This document shows positions 56,894 to 64,000 of a stretch of DNA of 64,000 bases, one piece after another; the stretch's first letter is position 1; each line of letters opens with the position of its first letter. This DNA comes from Ramazzottius varieornatus (Eukaryota > Animalia > Tardigrada), in contig BDGG01000009.1 in the NCBI GenBank assembly GCA_001949185.1, forward strand, positions 1,043,624 through 1,107,623. Direction: 5' to 3'. Under the pieces are notes generated by a model. That model had not been told where the DNA came from and searched no databases. It saw only the letters and a program-made list of their open reading frames with translations. Made by a program: the position numbers and the translations under genes.

Positions 56894-57671
56894 CTTCCTG
56901 CAGCGATCCGCGGCGACACTCCTTCAGAGCTTTCCTCCTTATGCAGCTCCCACCTGTCAAAACATGAACCCAAGCAAATGAATCCAGACGAAGTCGTGGG
57001 AAGAACAAACGGCGATGTTGAAGATAATGACACGTTGTCCGCAATAGAGACTGAATAATAAGAGTTTACACACGTGGATACACAGCCGTTGTTTCTAAAT
57101 CGACTATCTTACGTCACGAGAAGACAATAAGGAAGGCAGCAATTCCCTTCTAAACTCTTACGCAAAATGGTCATTTTTTACGTCTGGTTAACTCGTATGA
57201 ATCGACTGGTGGACATAATCCGCACTGAATAGAAACCGGGCATCCCAAATTTGGTCTTTACGGTTCTACTGGGCGATAAAATCATAAGTAACTTACCTTC
57301 TATTTCAACAATACCATAATGCGCCATTTGCTTTACCCTATAGCCAACCAAATAATTTTATTCCGGTTGGAATTTTCATTTCCGGTTCCGGGCTTGTGGC
57401 CGCTTGTCAGCCCTGAGTTAACAGCGCGTATCATAACGGCTTGCAGATCCTTCCTTGTGATCTTGTGCTTCCTTGGACGATCGAATATTTCTGCTGCGGA
57501 GAAGGGTGACGGGAGTTTGCGGGAAAGCTGAGTGGATAATCGTAAGAATTGTACTAGCTATCGAGGATGCTGTATAATAAGCTGTTTTGTATAACTGTGT
57601 AGTGTTTCCGGTCGTTCTGCGCACATATCTCTACCCGTAGATTGGATTGTTCTGCCCCTCCCTGCTCGAGG

Positions 57672-58628
57672 ATGAGCCTCGAGAGCGAGGAAGACCTGCT
57701 GCAGAGGCATCGGAAAGAAATGAAGGACTTGCAGGTGAAGGCAGCCGCCATGAAGAAGTCTGCCCCTGTGTCGGACAAGAAACGCAGGAAAGAAGTCTTG
57801 GCGGAGATTGAAAAGCTCGAGAAAGAACTCACTGACCGACACAGCGCCGAACTTTCTTCTTCAAGAAACACGTCAGCTGATGACACATTCACGGAGCGAA
57901 CGGAAGAGAACAGTTCTCCGAGCGAGCAGGAACACACAGCTAACCACCGGAACGGAATCCGAAATGATCCTACCAATGTACTTACGAACGGAGATTCTCG
58001 GTATGGAATGAAGGATGAAGAAGGAGAGTCTACAGCATCCGGAAGTAAGCTTACCCGTGCACAACGGCGAAGGAACGTGAAACAGAGCAAGCTCGACGAA
58101 CGACTGGCCGCTCTGAAGCTCGTAGCTGGCAAACCCTTCGAAGTATCTGCTCGCACAACAGAGAAGATAAAGCTAAAGAAAATCCTCGATGATTTGAAGT
58201 TACAGCTGGTAGAAATGCGCAGTGATGGAAACTGCATGTACCATTCCTTGAGCTACCAGCTGCAACTGAATGGTAGAGACCTGTCCGTTCAAGAGCTTCG
58301 ACAGCAAACAGCGGACCACATGTCATCGAAGCCAGAGGACTTCCTCCCCTTTCTCGCCCACCATGAAACCGGTGATCCCTTGACAGCGCAAGAGTTCGAG
58401 GAGTACTGTGAGGATATAGCGAAGACGAATGCCTGGGGCAGTCAAGTGGAACTTCGAGCTCTTGCAACTATTTTGAACTGGCCGATCCTAGTCTTGCAGG
58501 CCGAAGGACCGGAAGTGCGTATTGGCGACGAATATTCTTCCGAGGATAAACCTCCTTTAGTTATTGTTTATCATAGACATGTACTAAGTCTTGGAGAACA
58601 TTATAATTCTGTCATGCCTGTGGAGTGA
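57672..58628 (+). CDS. OTUD6B: OTU-domain deubiquitinase OTUD6B-like, intronless
   Basis: LLQRHRKEMKDLQ N-terminus; catalytic SDGNCMY; WGSQVELRAL; YHRH..SLGEHYNS. Confidence 0.93.
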   Translation: MSLESEEDLLQRHRKEMKDLQVKAAAMKKSAPVSDKKRRKEVLAEIEKLEKELTDRHSAELSSSRNTSADDTFTERTEENSSPSEQEHTANHRNGIRNDPTNVLTNGDSRYGMKDEEGESTASGSKLTRAQRRRNVKQSKLDERLAALKLVAGKPFEVSARTTEKIKLKKILDDLKLQLVEMRSDGNCMYHSLSYQLQLNGRDLSVQELRQQTADHMSSKPEDFLPFLAHHETGDPLTAQEFEEYCEDIAKTNAWGSQVELRALATILNWPILVLQAEGPEVRIGDEYSSEDKPPLVIVYHRHVLSLGEHYNSVMPVE

Positions 58629-58988
58629 TGTGTATCTCTTAAGGGATGGCTTGCGTTGATCCGTCCTCTTCGACAGCCATTGATGGTTGCGTATTGAGAA
58701 CTAGTGACAATGGTTTTGAACATAAATACAAACTATAAACTCACTTTAGGAAACGCGGAAGGGCCAAAATGTTGAACCGCTCCAGTACGTTCGATTACTG
58801 TCATGACATGACATCATGACATGTCGCACCCTATCAATCACTATGAAAGACACTGGCATCATCTATATTCTTTAATCGTTTTATAATTATCGAATATCGA
58901 TCCGGATGTCTCGTCTGATTCCGTTTCTGGAACTCCGGCTGCCAGTCTATTGTAAGAGGTGTAAACTAATAATTCGGTTCGCCGAGCG

Positions 58989-59062
58989 AAACCAAACCGA
59001 AACCAGGCGGAAATTTCGCTCAAGATCTGGAAATAATGTTTCCGCCTGGTCCGGTTTGGTTT
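58989..59062. repeat. Hairpin upstream of EMC3, with a partial extra arm at 59301-59362
   Basis: AAACCAAACCGAAACCAGGCGGAAA-N25-TTTCCGCCTGGTCCGGTTTGGTTT. Confidence 0.7.
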
Positions 59063-59508
59063 GTCAGATTTGAGTTTCAAATAGGTTTCCGCTTGAGCAA
59101 AATCAGCAGACTTCCTGAGATAAACTCGAAATTTGCTTGTTCCGAGCTGTTTTACATGGGATAAATTCAAACGTCTGCTAGGGCTACAGATAGTTGAAAT
59201 CTAAGTGAGTTGAGCGACCCTACTTGCAAAAAAGCCGCAACATCACTGATACTGACGGCCAAAAATTCTGCCGGTTCCCGCTTGGTTAGCATCAAAACTA
59301 TTTCCGCCTGGTTCCGTTCAAAAGTTTCCGGTTCTTCAAACCGCTCGCTCTGGTTTGGTTTTGAGATTTTTCGAAAATCTGGTTATGGCTATCACTGGTT
59401 ATGGTTTGGAAAAAGTTGAGCGGATTAGTACTTCAAAGAGGTGTGCTGCAGTTTCCGAATCAGCCGAGTGGGGTGCGTTCCGAAGTAGAACACTAAGGAG
59501 ACACAACC

Positions 59509-60979
59509 ATGGCGGAGCTTTTGCTAGATCCGAACATCCGGACATGGATCTTCATTCCTATCGTTATCATCACATTTTTCATTGGGATCCTCCGCCACTA
59601 TGTGTCCATTCTGATGGCTTCACCCAAGCCAGTGCAACTTCAACAAGTCAAAGACACGTAAGTTACGCGCGGTTATATTGATAGTTCTCGTTTTGGAGCG
59701 TGAAGATGCAAACTTTCTTCTAACCGTATATTTGTTTCATGGTCTGCAGGCAAGCTTTACTGCGAAGTAGGATTCTTCGTGAGAATGGAAAGTACCTTCC
59801 TAAGTCATCATTCCTTATGCGAAAGCACTACTTCAACGACGCTACTTCGGGCATACTCAAAATAGGGCAAGATCGTCCAGCTGCTGCAGCAGCTAACCCT
59901 ATGCAAGGTTCGTAAAGTTTGCCTTATATCACCCGAATCGCTGTCTTCTGTGGCGCACGTTGCTATCGTGATTGACTGAGTGCGTGCGCCACTTTGGCGA
60001 ACGAGCTGGGTGAATTTACAGTATTTGCCGACTTCCGGTCTATACACCGCTGCCGTTGAGCCTTGTTCATGCAACGTACAGAGAATTTCTGGCCTGTATG
60101 CAGATATAAGCCGATTGTTGTGACCAGTTTTGTTGTAGATCCAAATATGTTGCAAGACATGCTGAAAGGCAATCTGGTGAATATGCTGCCTATGATGGCA
60201 GTCGGTGGGTGGATCAACTGGATGTTCTCTGGATTTGTCACGAGTAAGGAGAAGCTAAAAACGCAGCTCTCGGCGTTTTACCAATCAGAACTAAGCGTCA
60301 AAAGAAAATTTTCTGTTTCTAGCGAAAGTTCCATTTCCTTTGACCTGGCGTTTCAAGGACATGCTCCAGAGAGGAATCAATTTACCTTCACTCGACCCTT
60401 CGTGGTAAGTTAGCTGTGGAACCCTCTGCTCTTGGATCAACGATCATATCACACGACTGCTGTAAACTTATTATTTCCGTGCGATCGGTTACCAACTTTA
60501 CGTATGTTTTCAGGGTGAGCTCCGCATCGTGGTACTTTCTGAATGTCTTCGGACTCAGACAGATCTACTCGCTTGTTCTGGGCGCTGACAATGGTGAGTG
60601 CCTTCTAACAACTATAGATTCTGAAGCTCCGACTACGTTCGCTTGCCGTCTTCATCATCGAGTTTTTTTTGCAGCTGCGGATCAGACAAAGTTTATGGAG
60701 GACCAGGTCAACGTGTCGGGCGCACCGCCTGATCCTCGTGCTGCGTTTAAGGTACAGTGTACCACCAACTTGCATACGTTTGCAGTACGGCAGTAGTGGT
60801 ATTTCCTGTATGCACTGTCTTGATGGCTTGGTGGTTGGCTGTGCTGATCACGCTTCGTGTATCAATAGGCTGAATGGGAAGCCATGGAGCTGTACGAGCA
60901 CAAGTACGCTTTGAGAGGCATTGAAGAGGAACTGCTGGCACAGTTCCCTGTTTCAAGAAAGCAAAAGAAGTCTCAGTGA
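59509..60979 (+). CDS. EMC3: ER membrane protein complex subunit 3, multi-exon
   Basis: [80 protein letters not shown]. Confidence 0.96.
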
Positions 60980-61190
60980 AATTTCTTTGAGGTATGTCCA
61001 ACTAGCTGCGCGATTTGTTCTGTTTTTAATTTAGGTTGTGCAGTTTATTGGCTCGTGATAGTAATTATCAGGTGGCAAACGGAGTAGTGAAGAAGAGGGA
61101 GTATGGGCTTTGTTCTTGAGCCGCAGTAGTAGTACACCGAGAACCCGAGAAGGTCTTTGCTTGTTTTGTTTAACAACTTGGAAGTTGGAA

Positions 61191-62024
61191 CTATCTTCCA
61201 AGAAAAGTTCCCGAAGGAAGAAGCATGATAATTAGTACAGGAAGAACTGTCTTTGGCTTCGCGTTTTGAGAAGCAGTGTTTTTGTTGCATCCGTCTCCCG
61301 TACAGCAGCTTGAGCAGGTCCACGACGGTTTCGACTGATCGCACTGTTGATGAAATCCCAAAGCCATAGCACTGGGCAGTCCCAACTCGCAAGGTCCTGT
61401 TTCGCATGATTTGGAGATACGATAGCCACGTTCCGCTGAAATTATTCCAATAACGTTAATTTTCGTTTTTCAAAGTTTATTTCTGAGCAATTTAGGTCTG
61501 ATGATTTTTACTTCATGAGGTCCTCGAGACTTACGGGATGATGTGATTTTGGTAGAGCAGACGACATTGGATGCGTGAATAGTAGGGTTACACGTTTTGA
61601 GATTGCTGTCCCTTGAGCAGTTGTCGTTGGAAGACTCGTCGGCACAATAGTAGCATTTCAGGCCGGGGTCGTTGGGTTTCTGCTTACTCCGCATTTGTGT
61701 GGGTGAATAGTCCCCCGTTTCTCCATGAACCATCAATAGGGATGCTAAAGCTACAGCCGAACCTTCAATCAAAACAGTAAATTTTATTGTGCGTGAAACA
61801 CTGCGAAGCTCAGCACATAAAGTCGACGAGATCATTTTCTGCAGTGGCGCACTTGTTCGGTAACATTGGCTAGAAGCCTGCGCCACTTGATAAAGCAATG
61901 TGGTCAACTTCGCTTGCCGAGCTCCCATTGAGTCCATGGTTTCTGGGCATCTGTTCTTACCGTAGAAGATCCAAATATATGATGGCGAACGAGGAAGTTC
62001 CAAATTCACGATGAAGGCTTTCAT
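61191..62024 (-). CDS. Ly6/uPAR three-finger protein, predicted GPI-anchored (3 exons)
   Basis: Signal-like N-terminus, LKCYYC..C..C..C, ISKSC, CSSCCTGDGCN and a hydrophobic C-terminal tail. Confidence 0.82.
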
Positions 62025-63117
62025 TTTATATGGCGGTTTCCCGAATCGTAAAGCAATTACTCTTTGAACCCATAGGCGGGACAACGGTTGCGACTTTAGC
62101 CGGGAGAAAGGATGGCGACTATTCCCAACTTGATCGTAAAGACGCGATGGAAATCAAAAGGCCTTTGCAAGTGTCTAAGGGAGACTTGCGCGTTAACATG
62201 TCTTGTCAAATTACCGGAAGCTGCCTCGCGACATCGATACCCCGCTGACACTCTTAACTTCCCGTCTTTCGAACAATGAAGGACGATTGGAGTGAGGCGG
62301 AGTTGCCCAACCGAGAAAGCGTTCAGGCCGATATCGGACCTAACATCTCTGATACTTGCGGTGCAGTAGGCTTACTGGGAAGCTTGCTGGATGAGCTGGC
62401 ATGAACTACTGCCGTGTGGGTCCTCGCGTACGTTGGCGGTTGTTCGGGAGGCGACAGCTGGGCTAATCAGCTGGAAGTCATGAACGAGATGATTGGGACT
62501 TCGAGGATTTGTTAGACTTGTGGGATGAGCGAGTAAACGTTTTCCTGAATTAGGAAGTCAAAGCTCGTTAAGGAGAGAGTTTTGTTCTTGTAGGTCGTGC
62601 CCTTCTCCTTGCCGAGCGCTCGAGCACGCGGTGGTTCTTTTTATTTGTTCAGTGAATAACGCACACTTGACGCCTTGATTGAAGGCGGATCCGGAAATTG
62701 GATGAATCTGGTGGATGGTATAACATTGCTAAAACTACCATTCTTATCACGCGAGGCTCGTTCGAATACATCATTCAGATCCAAATCAACCTCACTTACC
62801 AATAATACCAGTTGCATCAAAATCCATCCACTTTTTCTGCATCTTGCTGGTGTGAACCTAGGCTCTATCGGCCTTACCCACAGCAAAGGTTATGGGTGGC
62901 TTTTACTGTACTTTGGAAAAGCTTGGCTGCAAGTCGTGAAAATTTATTTGTCACACCAAGGAGGAAACTCGAAGAATTTGATAACTTGATATAGGATTAT
63001 AGGTCCATTTCTCGGCGAACGAGCCCAATTTTAGAAAAATGACTTTATTAGTCATCGGTTCCGCCGGGATGGGTTGACAGGTTGATGAAACACTTTTAGC
63101 TCAAATGTTCAAAGTGA

Positions 63118-63892
63118 TTAATCCAGAACATGCATCCTTGGCAAAAGGAGGAGATATATTGCCTTGAGCACTGTGTAGCTGGAAGTTCGGCTTCCGGCAT
63201 TGTAGTTGCAGAGATCAGTGGAGCAACAATTGGTACACACCCATTCTTCTGGCTCGTTCACGTCGCAGGGAGCGTGCATCTCCAACGCACGCTTTTGTGT
63301 CAGGCAGGAATCTCTCTTGCTGCATCGCTTCGTGATTTGTAACTTCCCCACTTCCGCTAGGAAAAACCCACCGTGCATTCTTTTCGACAAGATTATTCCA
63401 GCAGTCTGTATAACTTACCTGCGTATCTGACCATGGTCAGACATGTATCGTATGTGATAGGACATTGCCGAACGCTTTCCGTTCCGTTGCATTCGCTGTT
63501 GTCGTGGGCGATATCACAGCTGAAACACTCAATGCCAGAGACTGCAAAAACAACCCTTTTCAGGTTCAAAAATATACGAATGAAATATGGGACGTCGGCA
63601 AATGATTTCGGCTAGATCGTTTCCCCAATTGGCCCTCGAACCCGACGAATCGCAATTTAAACACGCGCCATTTGAGAAAACGATCATCTCGAGCTCACTT
63701 TTCAAGTGGCGCACAATGTCAGTGTTATTGACAGATATCACGCGCCCCTTGACAAAGCAACCCCAGTGATTTCATTGCCGACGTCCCGTATTCACCTAGA
63801 TTGCTTGATATATTACCTTCTGGGATTTTCCAAAGTACCATGGTCAGCAGAAGGCAAAAAGGAAGAATTGAGCTATAGAAATGTTGTGGCAT
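63118..63892 (-). CDS. Ly6/uPAR three-finger protein, predicted GPI-anchored (exons 63892-63817, ~63541-63419, ~63356-63118)
   Basis: MPQHFYSSILPFCLLLTMVLW signal; IECFSC..ECN..CP..YDTCLT; ITKRC; CTNCCSTDLCN; hydrophobic tail. Confidence 0.85.
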
Positions 63893-64000
63893 TTCCTGAC
63901 AATGTCCATCAATATAGGGCGTTGACGATGATGCCAGAGTTTTAGGAAGTCCGCTTTGCCATTAACGCCACTGTCAACGCACTGATCCAGAAAGCAAATG

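Noticed and set aside
57554-58237. 227-aa minus-strand ORF
   Set aside because: Antisense shadow of OTUD6B.

Overview
Compact, intron-rich animal genomic DNA. A Mei-P26-type NHL gene points to an ecdysozoan; a tardigrade-like compact genome is plausible but cannot be proven from the sequence. The window holds one tRNA-Pro and about 16 protein genes: an H2-like aminergic GPCR, a divergent L-type (Cav1) channel, a RING-less Mei-P26-like NHL protein, single-domain ACE, TRAPPC9, TGS1, GAS8/DRC4, a microbial-type DUF3253 gene (HGT candidate), two MS4A-like tetraspan proteins, an MFSD6-like transporter, COPA, OTUD6B, EMC3 and two Ly6/three-finger genes. The most striking signal is non-coding. About 40 copies of a short palindromic element (CAAGTGGCGCA-N27-TGCGCCACTTG) occur roughly every 1.5 kb, almost all inside introns, and keep a fixed spacer length despite strong sequence divergence. 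At least two further unrelated families share this inverted-motif, fixed-spacer design (ACCTGCATAC-N30-GTATGCAGGT; CGTAAGAC-N21/22-GTCWTACC). Three conventional TIR MITEs are also present. Exon boundaries, counts and family comparisons were made by eye and from memory, so they are approximate.
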